Below, in pieces: positions 1 through 8,541 of a stretch of 64,000 bases of DNA. Every line of letters starts with the position of its first letter. Within the stretch, counting starts at the first letter, position 1. Under the pieces are notes generated by a model. The model had not been told where the DNA came from. It saw nothing but the letters and a program-made list of their open reading frames with translations, and did not search any database. The stretch comes from Veleropilina oligotropha (taxonomy: Eukaryota), in assembly GCA_048128005.1 (NCBI GenBank), contig JBEUKZ010000084.1:62001-126000 (forward strand), read 5' to 3'. A program made the translations under genes and the position numbers.

Positions 1-58
1 GGGGGGGAAGAGGGCTCATCTGCAAGCAGGGGTAGGGGGAGGGTCCCGTAGATGCTGC

Positions 59-799
59 TCATTGTATCGCAAGGACTGCGGTAATGGGCATGCCGTGATT
101 GTCGATCGGGTTACTGTCTGCGTCTGTGACGTACACCTTCAACTCTGTGATTAGCCCGGCCTGTAGTCGCCGGCCGGCGGGATAGCTATGATAGTGGCCA
201 GCTTCACCGAACATCTGCGACGTGATAGGGACCACCGCGAGAATAGTGCTCGGGGCGCCGTCCTTCACATTGTGCGTTGTACTGAGCTGCTCCAGGTGAA
301 CGTGTAGGGTTGGCGCTATGGCAAACCCGACAGGCTTATTCCCGTCATAAGTCCCAGGGCGTAGCCACTCGGATCTCTCCGGAGGGGGAGGTGGTTGGCC
401 CTGTACTCCCCGAACCGGTTGGTTCAGATTCCCTGCTTTATCGAGAATAAACGAAGAGAGGTCTAAGCCGAGGAGTTTTCGTATATCGTCGCTTATCGCG
501 AGTCGAGTCCCCTCTGGGACCACGATTCGGGCGAGCCCTGTAGCATGGCTTACATCTAGTTGTAGGTTAACTAGCGACCTCTTCATCGTCTTGGCGAGGT
601 CATCGAAGCTGTAGAAACCTGGTGCCACGTCGACCGTGGTATCGGGGGTCTTAAAGAAGGCTCCGGCATGCACGTTGTGCCAGCCTACCCAATAGTCGAG
701 CGACTGCAAGCTGACACATAGCTTGCCGTCCCGGTTATCAATCGGCTCCAGGAGGGCAACCGCGGTCCCCTCTTGAACGTTTGTTAATGTGTGGAACAT
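59..799 (-). CDS. Putative minor capsid protein (penton, single jelly-roll)
   Basis: ATG at 799 (246 aa). The beta-rich C-terminus LHVHLEQL...STILAVVPI...ITELKVYVTDADSNPIDNHGMPITAVL resembles Polinton/PLV minor capsids. Confidence 0.6.
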   Translation of the reverse strand: MFHTLTNVQEGTAVALLEPIDNRDGKLCVSLQSLDYWVGWHNVHAGAFFKTPDTTVDVAPGFYSFDDLAKTMKRSLVNLQLDVSHATGLARIVVPEGTRLAISDDIRKLLGLDLSSFILDKAGNLNQPVRGVQGQPPPPPERSEWLRPGTYDGNKPVGFAIAPTLHVHLEQLSTTHNVKDGAPSTILAVVPITSQMFGEAGHYHSYPAGRRLQAGLITELKVYVTDADSNPIDNHGMPITAVLAIQ

Positions 800-806
800 A
801 GTAGCT

Positions 807-2099
807 ATGGCTAAGAGCGCATTTGTGTTCAATAGGAGTGCGGCCTATCCGACCGGTGTGGTGTACCCAGCAAAGATCAAAGATGAGCAGCTTACGAGAC
901 CAAGCATCAATGTGGGTAATAGCTCAACCACTGCATTCGGGGCAGACTACCCCGACGTATTTCAAAAGTATCGCCTCCCTCACGTCGCTAGTGACGGGCT
1001 GATAAGGGCTTGGCACAGCACACCGATGCGGTTCTGGCAGAACAAGGTCAACTTCGCAGTATGGTGTGCCACAACAGGTTCCGGGATCTCCTCAGAAGAC
1101 CACTTGAATGCTACTGCAGCCCTCTCCACTGCTGTATTCACCTTCCACGTCTACTATCAGGTCAGAAGGATCTTGACCGAGATTCAGGCGCCGCTGCCAC
1201 AAGACCGGACGTGGGATGCATTCGACACCCCGTATGACCGAAGGGCATATGAAAAGATCTGCAGCGAATTCGGAGTGTCCCCACATACCGACTGGCGTGT
1301 CAAGGGTCCCAACGGCGGACTAGGCACCGCTTACAGCTACTGGACGAACAACGGCTACCACCCCATCGGACGTGAGTATGATCCAAGCCGAATGTCCTTC
1401 ACCAAAGGTACGACCAACACGAATCTGCACGTGGACTACATCGCGCAAGCGCCTGCGCTTAAAAACGGTTGGGCTACTTTTATTCTGGACAGGTCGGTGG
1501 GATTCACGAGGGCCGGCGTGGAAAGGCTCAATGATTCCATCAGGACCTACGTCTGGGCTATTCTTGGAGCGCAGGCTCAAACGCGTGCAAGTATTCTGGG
1601 TAGTGGGACGGCATTTGACGCACAGAAACAGTTCCTGGCGAACGTGGAAGACGCCATCGCATCCCCCGTTGACCTCCCTGCTGCGATCCAACGGTACCAG
1701 GACGTTTTGCAGTATGCCAGGTCTAAAGTAGACTTCGTATTCGGCGTCGGCCTTTACATGGCGCCAAGTGACATGCTCCTTCGGATCGGGCAGGTGGCTG
1801 GTTATAACAATGAGATCGTCGTTGCCACGGAAGCCCAGACCCTAGGTCTTAATACTACGGTGAACGCGGCCAATCCTGTGCCGCTCAACGCCACTGGGGA
1901 GACTGGAGAAACAGGATTGGTCATCCCACAAGACGCCGTCTTACCCGCAGATGCGGTCACTCCGAAGCATCGTGGCTCTCTGCCGGCTGTGGCCCCAGTG
2001 GCAGCTGTTTCAGCTGGGGCAACCAAACATGACGAGGATAAAACCGCACTTATCGTGGGCGGCATTGTCGTTGGCCTAGCGTTCATTTGGCTTACGTGA
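807..2099 (+). CDS. Viral hypothetical protein with C-terminal membrane anchor (430 aa)
   Basis: Long intact ORF with ATG at 807. Ends in hydrophobic ALIVGGIVVGLAFIWLT after a Pro/Ala-rich linker. Confidence 0.75.
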   Translation: MAKSAFVFNRSAAYPTGVVYPAKIKDEQLTRPSINVGNSSTTAFGADYPDVFQKYRLPHVASDGLIRAWHSTPMRFWQNKVNFAVWCATTGSGISSEDHLNATAALSTAVFTFHVYYQVRRILTEIQAPLPQDRTWDAFDTPYDRRAYEKICSEFGVSPHTDWRVKGPNGGLGTAYSYWTNNGYHPIGREYDPSRMSFTKGTTNTNLHVDYIAQAPALKNGWATFILDRSVGFTRAGVERLNDSIRTYVWAILGAQAQTRASILGSGTAFDAQKQFLANVEDAIASPVDLPAAIQRYQDVLQYARSKVDFVFGVGLYMAPSDMLLRIGQVAGYNNEIVVATEAQTLGLNTTVNAANPVPLNATGETGETGLVIPQDAVLPADAVTPKHRGSLPAVAPVAAVSAGATKHDEDKTALIVGGIVVGLAFIWLT

Positions 2100-3405
2100 C
2101 CCACTGTCTAGCGGCAATAAGAAGCAAGCCCCCAACTGATATGACCAGTGCCCATAGGTTTTCAGCGAGCCACGATGCTGTCTTGCCAATCAGGTTGATT
2201 AGCCAGGAGACCAGGCTTCCAAGTATTCCTGGGAGCGCGGCTGCGGCCTTCCCTGCTAGTTTGCCTAGAATCCTTCCCAAGTTCTGCAGCTGCTTTTTGA
2301 CCCACTCCTTGACCCCGCCCTGACCACTGGGAGGTGGTGGCGTTGGTGCGATGCTCGGAGCTCCGCCTGTCAGGGCTAGTACCAAAGTCGAGATGGCGAG
2401 CCCGATAGCGGTCAGTATTGTTGCGATCGTAACCCCTTGCTCGCGGAACAGGGTCCGGATACGCTCGGCCAGCGTTGTGTCGGTGTTCAGGATCCGACTT
2501 ATCATCTCTCGGATCCGGCTGATTTGAGAGCGAAGGGCCTCCCGGCTTGATGATGCTGCCTCTAGGCGAGCTGCTCTTTCATCATTCAGGTCGCGCAGAC
2601 GTTCCGCGATCCGTCGACGGATGAACTCATCCACACCGCCCTCTTCATCTGCCTGATCGAGCTTCATCTTCTCCAGCTCTATGTGTTCGTCCAGCGCCGT
2701 TAGTTTGGCTAGATTGTTGGTTAGTTCGCCTCGGATGGTCTGCATCGCCTTGTCAAGTCCGCGAAGCTCGCGAAGATTTAATGGAGGGTCCCCCATTGTG
2801 CCTAAGATCTCTTCAACCTCGGTATCAGTGAATTTCGTCTCCATCGTGTGGATTGCTACCGAGGCATCAGTAGCAGTCTGCACCAAGTCCCGCAGTTCTA
2901 CGTTTTCGACATTAGCGGCCGCACCGCTCAACTCGTTGTCGGCTGTCTGAAGAGCTGCAACCGCTTTTGAGGACGGCTTTTGTCCCCCCCGCGTCCAGTG
3001 TACAAACCCCAACCCTTCACGGATTGCATCACCCCCACCAGGCCGGCCAGCTATTGTTGACAACGCCAAGGGGTTGCCGGTGCGAGAATTTATGAGATTG
3101 ATGTCGGGGTAGTCCGTCATCACCAATTTCCCCCCCCTCCCTAATTTTCCCCTCACATACTTGAATTTTGAATAATCTCGCCCTGCCGCGGGGGTCTGCC
3201 CCTCCTGTGCCAGGGCTTTGTAGTAGTCGTCAACTACGCCCTGAACGAGCTCTTGCTGAAGACTGCTGGTTCCTTCCTGTGGCCGTTCCGAAAGAACAGG
3301 CATAAACCGGTCGGTGGATAGATCCACATCAGTATCGTCGATGATGGTATCATCGTTGTCGATGAGATCGTCCGGCTCGAATGCGGGGTTCTCGAATTCC
3401 GCCAT
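2092..3405 (-). CDS. Viral coiled-coil membrane protein (437 aa)
   Basis: Acidic N-terminus, long heptad-rich region, hydrophobic helix VTIATILTAIGLAISTLVLALTGG, amphipathic helices and a terminal TM segment. Confidence 0.8.
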   Translation of the reverse strand: MAEFENPAFEPDDLIDNDDTIIDDTDVDLSTDRFMPVLSERPQEGTSSLQQELVQGVVDDYYKALAQEGQTPAAGRDYSKFKYVRGKLGRGGKLVMTDYPDINLINSRTGNPLALSTIAGRPGGGDAIREGLGFVHWTRGGQKPSSKAVAALQTADNELSGAAANVENVELRDLVQTATDASVAIHTMETKFTDTEVEEILGTMGDPPLNLRELRGLDKAMQTIRGELTNNLAKLTALDEHIELEKMKLDQADEEGGVDEFIRRRIAERLRDLNDERAARLEAASSSREALRSQISRIREMISRILNTDTTLAERIRTLFREQGVTIATILTAIGLAISTLVLALTGGAPSIAPTPPPPSGQGGVKEWVKKQLQNLGRILGKLAGKAAAALPGILGSLVSWLINLIGKTASWLAENLWALVISVGGLLLIAARQWVT

Positions 3406-3441
3406 TTGAATACATCAGTGGGATACGCATCTAATTCAGCC

Positions 3442-4743
3442 ATGACTAGCGTGTACGGACGCAAGCTTAATCCATACCGCAGACTGCGTGAGCCCCTCGC
3501 GGTCAAGGGCATCCGCCAGTCGGTCACGATTACAAACAATCCATCAACGATTTCCGCCAACCAGCAGCTCCTGGTTCGGTTCCCTAATCTCGGGGCGAAT
3601 GACGTGATCGTTCCAGGGACTGCCCACCTCGCATTTACCATCTCTCTGACCTCGGTAAATGCGAATAGGACTGTAGTGCAAAATATCGGCCGTGCCATGA
3701 TCAGAAAGACCACGATAAAGATAAGTGGAAACGAGATCATGTCGATTGACGACTCCGACGTGTACCACTGCTACTGCGATCTCTGGAAGACCACCGGGGA
3801 GCGCAAGAACGCCCAGTACCAGGGGATTGATACCAGCGATGGACACAACACTACGAAGCATCGTGTTGGTGCGGCAGACGCCTTTAGACTGTCTGAGGAT
3901 GTCGCGGTCGCGGCCGCGTACGGTAACCGATTCCGCATCCCGCTGGATTTCGAGCTGTTGGAAAGTCACATGCCATTCTATCAAAGCGCCCTTGGAGACC
4001 GTCTCGAGTATGAGCTAACGTTCAACGACTACTCCCGGACTATCCGGGAGACGGACGACTCCGGTTCCAGCTATTCCATCGACAATATATCCCTCGAATA
4101 TGACATGGTAACCCAATCCGAGCTTGCCAGACGGATTCGAAATCAATACCAGGGTCAACTCGTAATCCTGTACGACCGTGTTCTCCGGCATCGGAAGCTC
4201 ACCCTAGACAAGAGCGACTCGTTGTGGAATATGAATGTGAACGTACCGGCGAGGTCGATGAAAGGAATACTACTGTTGTTCGAGGACCCTGCGAGAGACG
4301 CCGCGCCATTCTCTCGCGATACTGAGGCCTTCTATAATCCGAAGATCACAAAGGTCGAGGTCACAATCGAGGGTGTCCCGAATCAAATCTACAGCCAGGG
4401 CATGCGAACATACCAGATCTGGGAAGAAGCCAAGAAAATGTTCGCCTCCGGCTGCAGTAAGCGGCATCCTGAGGTCGCGATGGTCGCAAAGGACTTGGAG
4501 ATGGCAGACGTCACCCTGGGCGAATTTCTGACTAAGAAATTTGCGCTCTGGATCGATATGCGGGTAACTGACGACGATCAGTTGCACGGGTCAGGCCGGA
4601 GGGTCGAGAACGCCAGCGAAGGCATTACTATTCAGATCACTAAAACAGCCGAAGCGGCCGGTCCACTGAACGTCTACGAGTTCGTGATCATGGACGCACA
4701 GCTGAATATCGAGAATGGCCGATTCGTCGAAGCACTGTACTAA
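3442..4743 (+). CDS. Putative major capsid protein (double jelly-roll)
   Basis: 433-aa beta-strand-rich ORF (ATG 3442) directly upstream of and overlapping the packaging ATPase. Size and position are typical of a PLV/Polinton MCP. Confidence 0.7.
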   Translation: MTSVYGRKLNPYRRLREPLAVKGIRQSVTITNNPSTISANQQLLVRFPNLGANDVIVPGTAHLAFTISLTSVNANRTVVQNIGRAMIRKTTIKISGNEIMSIDDSDVYHCYCDLWKTTGERKNAQYQGIDTSDGHNTTKHRVGAADAFRLSEDVAVAAAYGNRFRIPLDFELLESHMPFYQSALGDRLEYELTFNDYSRTIRETDDSGSSYSIDNISLEYDMVTQSELARRIRNQYQGQLVILYDRVLRHRKLTLDKSDSLWNMNVNVPARSMKGILLLFEDPARDAAPFSRDTEAFYNPKITKVEVTIEGVPNQIYSQGMRTYQIWEEAKKMFASGCSKRHPEVAMVAKDLEMADVTLGEFLTKKFALWIDMRVTDDDQLHGSGRRVENASEGITIQITKTAEAAGPLNVYEFVIMDAQLNIENGRFVEALY

Positions 4744-5347
4744 ACGATTTCCGCACACCAAGGACCCCCACTCCGCAATCATCTGCGGCCAGACCGGTTG
4801 TGGTAAGACGGTTTTCATGCTTGAACTGCTGGAGGGGGAGTATCGAGGCGTCTTCCGGCATATCGTGGTCCTCTGCCCCACGATCAAGTACAACAAAGCA
4901 TACCAGTCTTGTCCGTGGATCTGGACCGACCCTGAGGTGTATTTGATCCCCCCGGGTGAGCGACTCCATGACTGGCTGCGGGGGTTCTACCGGCTGTTTC
5001 AGGGGGAGTCGACTCTGTACATAATCGACGACTGCGCCGCCAGCAAAGCTATGGCAAAAAAACGGGACATGCTGACTTTGTTGGCCTTCAGCGGCAGGCA
5101 TGCCGAACAGAGCGTATGGGTAGTGACGCAAAAGTACAACTCGGTCTTGAAGGAGCTCAGAGAGCAGACCCGCTGGGTCGCGCTGTTCCATTGCAAGGAC
5201 CGCGACAGTTTCGAGGACTGTCTGCGCGAGAACGATGTAATCCCGTCGCAGGATGAACGGACCGAGGTTCGCCGGCTGTTGGCCGAGACACGACACGCTA
5301 AGCTTCTGTTGAAAACTGATCAGCCCGTTGCTTATAGTGTGCTATAG
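4715..5347 (+). CDS. A32/FtsK-HerA family genome-packaging ATPase
   Basis: Walker A GQTGCGKT, Walker B LYIIDD, SGRH arginine-finger motif and VVTQ sensor; 210 aa. Confidence 0.9.
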   Translation: MADSSKHCTKRFPHTKDPHSAIICGQTGCGKTVFMLELLEGEYRGVFRHIVVLCPTIKYNKAYQSCPWIWTDPEVYLIPPGERLHDWLRGFYRLFQGESTLYIIDDCAASKAMAKKRDMLTLLAFSGRHAEQSVWVVTQKYNSVLKELREQTRWVALFHCKDRDSFEDCLRENDVIPSQDERTEVRRLLAETRHAKLLLKTDQPVAYSVL

Positions 5348-5358
5348 CTACCCAGCAG

Positions 5359-6156
5359 ATGCTAAGTAGCTGCCCAGCAAGCTCTCGCATGTCGGACGCT
5401 GTATATCTAGCTTTTGCTTTCAGCCAGAGCCTGATCTTGCTCCTACTCGCTACATTGTGGTATTGGATTTACAGTTATATTAGACCGGTGAGGCGATGCT
5501 GGAAACGCTTCAGGATGGACAGCCTCATCGATCAACTCATGGATGACGAACAAGAAACGACCATCAACAGCTGTCGCTTGACTCCCGATGGCAAGGAACC
5601 TGTCAGTAACAGTGGAGTCGCAAGTTCCGTTTGCGCGGCAAAGCGTGAGAGGCTTGCAGCCTTAGCCGTTGGAGGACAGGCCCACCGATACATGGGGCGT
5701 AACCTCACAGTGGACCGGATAGACGACATGACTGACGACGAGGTCGAAAAGCACCACGCGAGGTATGAAGCGAAACTCGGTGCCGATGTGACGAAGACTC
5801 TGGGGACTTCAGCTATTCATCTCTACGCGGGGGCAGCTGGGATGTTCCTGCCCATTCCACCAGCAAACCAGCTACGACTGATCGCCGACCTGGAGGCCGA
5901 CCCGTTCATCTCACATGCCCTGACCACTGCAAGCTGTGAGCTGTATTATAAATATGGCATGTACCTCGCACCGCTGACCGCAGCGTTGACCACGGCTAAG
6001 CACTGCCAATTTGGACATGTTTGCCCGCCTAAGATACCAGAGCGAGGGCGAGATCAAGATGACAACGCTGGAAGTGGACCAAGTGATCGAGAGCCAGCCG
6101 ATCGAGAGCCAGCCGATAGAGAGGGTGACTTCTTCGACGGACTCATCAGTGAGTAA
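5359..6156 (+). CDS. Viral hypothetical protein with N-terminal TM segment
   Basis: 265-aa ORF in the collinear cluster; hydrophobic VYLAFAFSQSLILLLLATLWYWIY. Start codon uncertain. Confidence 0.65.
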   Translation: MLSSCPASSRMSDAVYLAFAFSQSLILLLLATLWYWIYSYIRPVRRCWKRFRMDSLIDQLMDDEQETTINSCRLTPDGKEPVSNSGVASSVCAAKRERLAALAVGGQAHRYMGRNLTVDRIDDMTDDEVEKHHARYEAKLGADVTKTLGTSAIHLYAGAAGMFLPIPPANQLRLIADLEADPFISHALTTASCELYYKYGMYLAPLTAALTTAKHCQFGHVCPPKIPERGRDQDDNAGSGPSDREPADREPADREGDFFDGLISE

Positions 6157-6550
6157 AAAGGACCCGAAAAAAGTGGCTGCAGGGAGGGCCGGCGCTGCTG
6201 CTCGAAAAGCCAAGCAGGAGAAGCTACTGGCCGCGGTTCGAAAAATGAAAGAAGACCTGAGTGCCCCAACAAGTGTTGTCGTTCCATCAGAACAGCCCGG
6301 GGAGGCGGTTCCAGCCGCAGAAAGACCGCGTGCGCCAGATACACGGAAATCGGACCTATTTAATTGGACCCAGGTAGCCGTCGCTGCCGGTACGGTTGCG
6401 TTGGTATTTGTTGTCTGGAAGACGTCCTCAGAACGCAGCAACCCTGGTCCATCCACACCACATCAACAGCCACCAGACGCGGACGCTAGGCAGCCTCGGG
6501 CCGCCCCCACTATCGAATTGAAGAAGCAGAACCCTTTTCATATGCAATAG
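6059..6550 (+). CDS. Viral basic protein with TM segment
   Basis: ATG at 6059. Basic patch KKDPKKVAAGRAGAAARKAKQEK followed by hydrophobic VAVAAGTVALVFVVW. Confidence 0.6.
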   Translation: MTTLEVDQVIESQPIESQPIERVTSSTDSSVSKKDPKKVAAGRAGAAARKAKQEKLLAAVRKMKEDLSAPTSVVVPSEQPGEAVPAAERPRAPDTRKSDLFNWTQVAVAAGTVALVFVVWKTSSERSNPGPSTPHQQPPDADARQPRAAPTIELKKQNPFHMQ

Positions 6551-6579
6551 TCGCAAATCAATAGTACTAATCTACAGTT

Positions 6580-6819
6580 ATGACTACCCCAATCACTGAT
6601 GGAAAGATGCTCGGCAACGCTGTATACCACGCCGCTATAGTGTCAGGCCTCGCCATAGGCTACGCACGCCTGACAAAGATGGTATTCAAGGGAGCGAGCC
6701 CCAAGCTGGACTTCACGGGTTACGATGTTGGGATGGTCGTCCTCGACGTAGCGCTCGCCATGGCGACGAAAGACATGCTGATCAAGCAAGGCATCATACC
6801 GGCCGACGTTTTGAAGTAG
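6580..6819 (+). CDS. Small hydrophobic viral protein (79 aa)
   Basis: ATG-initiated, two hydrophobic helices, tightly packed between its neighbours. Confidence 0.65.
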   Translation: MTTPITDGKMLGNAVYHAAIVSGLAIGYARLTKMVFKGASPKLDFTGYDVGMVVLDVALAMATKDMLIKQGIIPADVLK

Positions 6820-6849
6820 TGGGACCTGCTAGATAATCGCAGCATTTCA

Positions 6850-7278
6850 ATGGCTTCCATTGCAATGCTGGTTGGGGGCGCTCTCGTCAACGCCCTCGCC
6901 TTCAGCGGGTCCAACTTCCTCTTCTCGAAGCTACGCAGCTCCGGTGTCGACGAGGAGCGTAAACGCCACGACAAAGCCGTAGAACAGCTCAACGCTGCTC
7001 AGACTAAATGGTCCCAGAAGCGGGCAGAGCGTCTCGATTGGCTGAACGTTGAACTTCGCCGCCAGGGTCACGCTGTTGGCACATTCCGGGATGTTGACGC
7101 CGCGATCCGTGAGTATGCATTGATCACCGGCAAGAACCTTGACCCCGGCCTGGGGGGTGGCCCTGAGCCCGCCCTGTCTGACTACTACACGCCTAGTGAT
7201 GGCCAGAAGGGACGTGAGATCACCTTCATCATCCTGGGGATGGCTGCGACCGGGTTGGTAGCCTACAAGCTCGCCTAA
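6850..7278 (+). CDS. Viral membrane/coiled-coil protein (142 aa)
   Basis: Hydrophobic N-terminus, coiled coil EERKRHDKAVEQL, C-terminal TM ITFIILGMAATGLVAY. Confidence 0.7.
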   Translation: MASIAMLVGGALVNALAFSGSNFLFSKLRSSGVDEERKRHDKAVEQLNAAQTKWSQKRAERLDWLNVELRRQGHAVGTFRDVDAAIREYALITGKNLDPGLGGGPEPALSDYYTPSDGQKGREITFIILGMAATGLVAYKLA

Positions 7279-7542
7279 TTATTTCCAGTGGACATTTTTT
7301 TTCGTGGGCATGTATAGTAATGGGGCTCCCAGAAGAGCTGTACTGCGCCATGCTTGCGGTCAGCGGGGTGGGCCTTAGTACTACGTCACTCGACTGCTGG
7401 CGCCGCGACGAAAAGACTATGGTGCGGTTCGCAGTCCTGGTGCTCTCGGGCCCGACCAACCTTCGGGCGACGACTGCGCAGCGACCGGCTCCGGAAGCTG
7501 AAGCCTGTTGGAGACTGATCAGTTTACTGGAATACATTGCTG

Positions 7543-8541
7543 ATGGATAGTAAGCTTGCGAGGATGTACTACAGCCCTAAGGGCTACTGGAAAGGCATTG
7601 CAGCCATCAAGAAACTAGCGGAGGCTGCCAAGGCGTCTGAAATGGAGGCCCGGACATGGCTTAAGAGGCAGGCTATATGGCAGATCTATTTACCTGCGCC
7701 ACGGCGGATTCCAAGACCAAAATTCGACGTCGTAACGCCAAACGAGGTTCACCAAGCCGACCTCCTGTTTCTCCCCCATGACAAGGTCGGCCGTAAAACC
7801 TATAAGTACGCTTTGACTGTGGTTGATGTGGCCAGTCGCTTTAAAGAAGCTGAGCCTCTGGCCACAAAAGAGGCCAAAGGGGTTGCTGAAGCTCTGTCTC
7901 GAATCTACAGGCGGAGTCCTCTTAGCTGGCCGAAATTGCTTCAGGTTGATCCAGGGCGAGAGTTCATGGGGACGGTCTCCCAGCTGCTGGCAAATAATAA
8001 TGTCGAGGTTAGGCGTGGCCGTGTGGATCTCCATCGCGATCAAGGGATCGTGGAGCGCTTCAACCGGACGCTCGCTGAGCGGCTCTTCGGGCACCAGTAT
8101 GCAACAGAGATGAGTTTTACAGGGTCTGCGAAAGAGGGTCAAAGGTCAACTGAGTGGGTCGCCAGGCTGCCCGCCGTTGTTGCGGCGTTGAATGGGGAAG
8201 TGACCAGGCTGACCGGTAAAAAGCCCAAGGACGCCATCAAGGCACCTCGCGTTGCACAAAATCCTTCTTCCACTGTTCCAGGCCGACAGGGGAAGGAACA
8301 GAAACTCCCCTCTGACGTAGATGTTCGATACCTATACCAACCCGGTGAGTTGGAGGGTGGTCGCCGGCGAGCGACTGACCCGGTGTGGTCTCTAAAAGTG
8401 CACAGGCTTGGACGCTCTGTCACTAAACCTGACGAGCCTGTGCTCTACTACTTGCTTGATGGACCACCGCGTGGGTTCGTTCGTGAGGAACTTCTCGTGG
8501 TGCCTCGTGACACCCAACTGCCGCCGGTTCTCAGGCGTTAA
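7543..8541 (+). CDS. Retroviral-like (RVE, DDE) integrase of Polinton type
   Basis: HQADLLFL, YALTVVDVASRF, LQVDPGREF and GIVERFNRTL give an intact D-D-E triad. No C-terminal chromodomain recognised. Confidence 0.95.
   Translation: MDSKLARMYYSPKGYWKGIAAIKKLAEAAKASEMEARTWLKRQAIWQIYLPAPRRIPRPKFDVVTPNEVHQADLLFLPHDKVGRKTYKYALTVVDVASRFKEAEPLATKEAKGVAEALSRIYRRSPLSWPKLLQVDPGREFMGTVSQLLANNNVEVRRGRVDLHRDQGIVERFNRTLAERLFGHQYATEMSFTGSAKEGQRSTEWVARLPAVVAALNGEVTRLTGKKPKDAIKAPRVAQNPSSTVPGRQGKEQKLPSDVDVRYLYQPGELEGGRRRATDPVWSLKVHRLGRSVTKPDEPVLYYLLDGPPRGFVREELLVVPRDTQLPPVLRR

Noticed and set aside
7320..7550. 76-aa ORF between the membrane protein and the integrase
   Set aside because: Could be real given the packing, but has no recognisable features, so it is not called.
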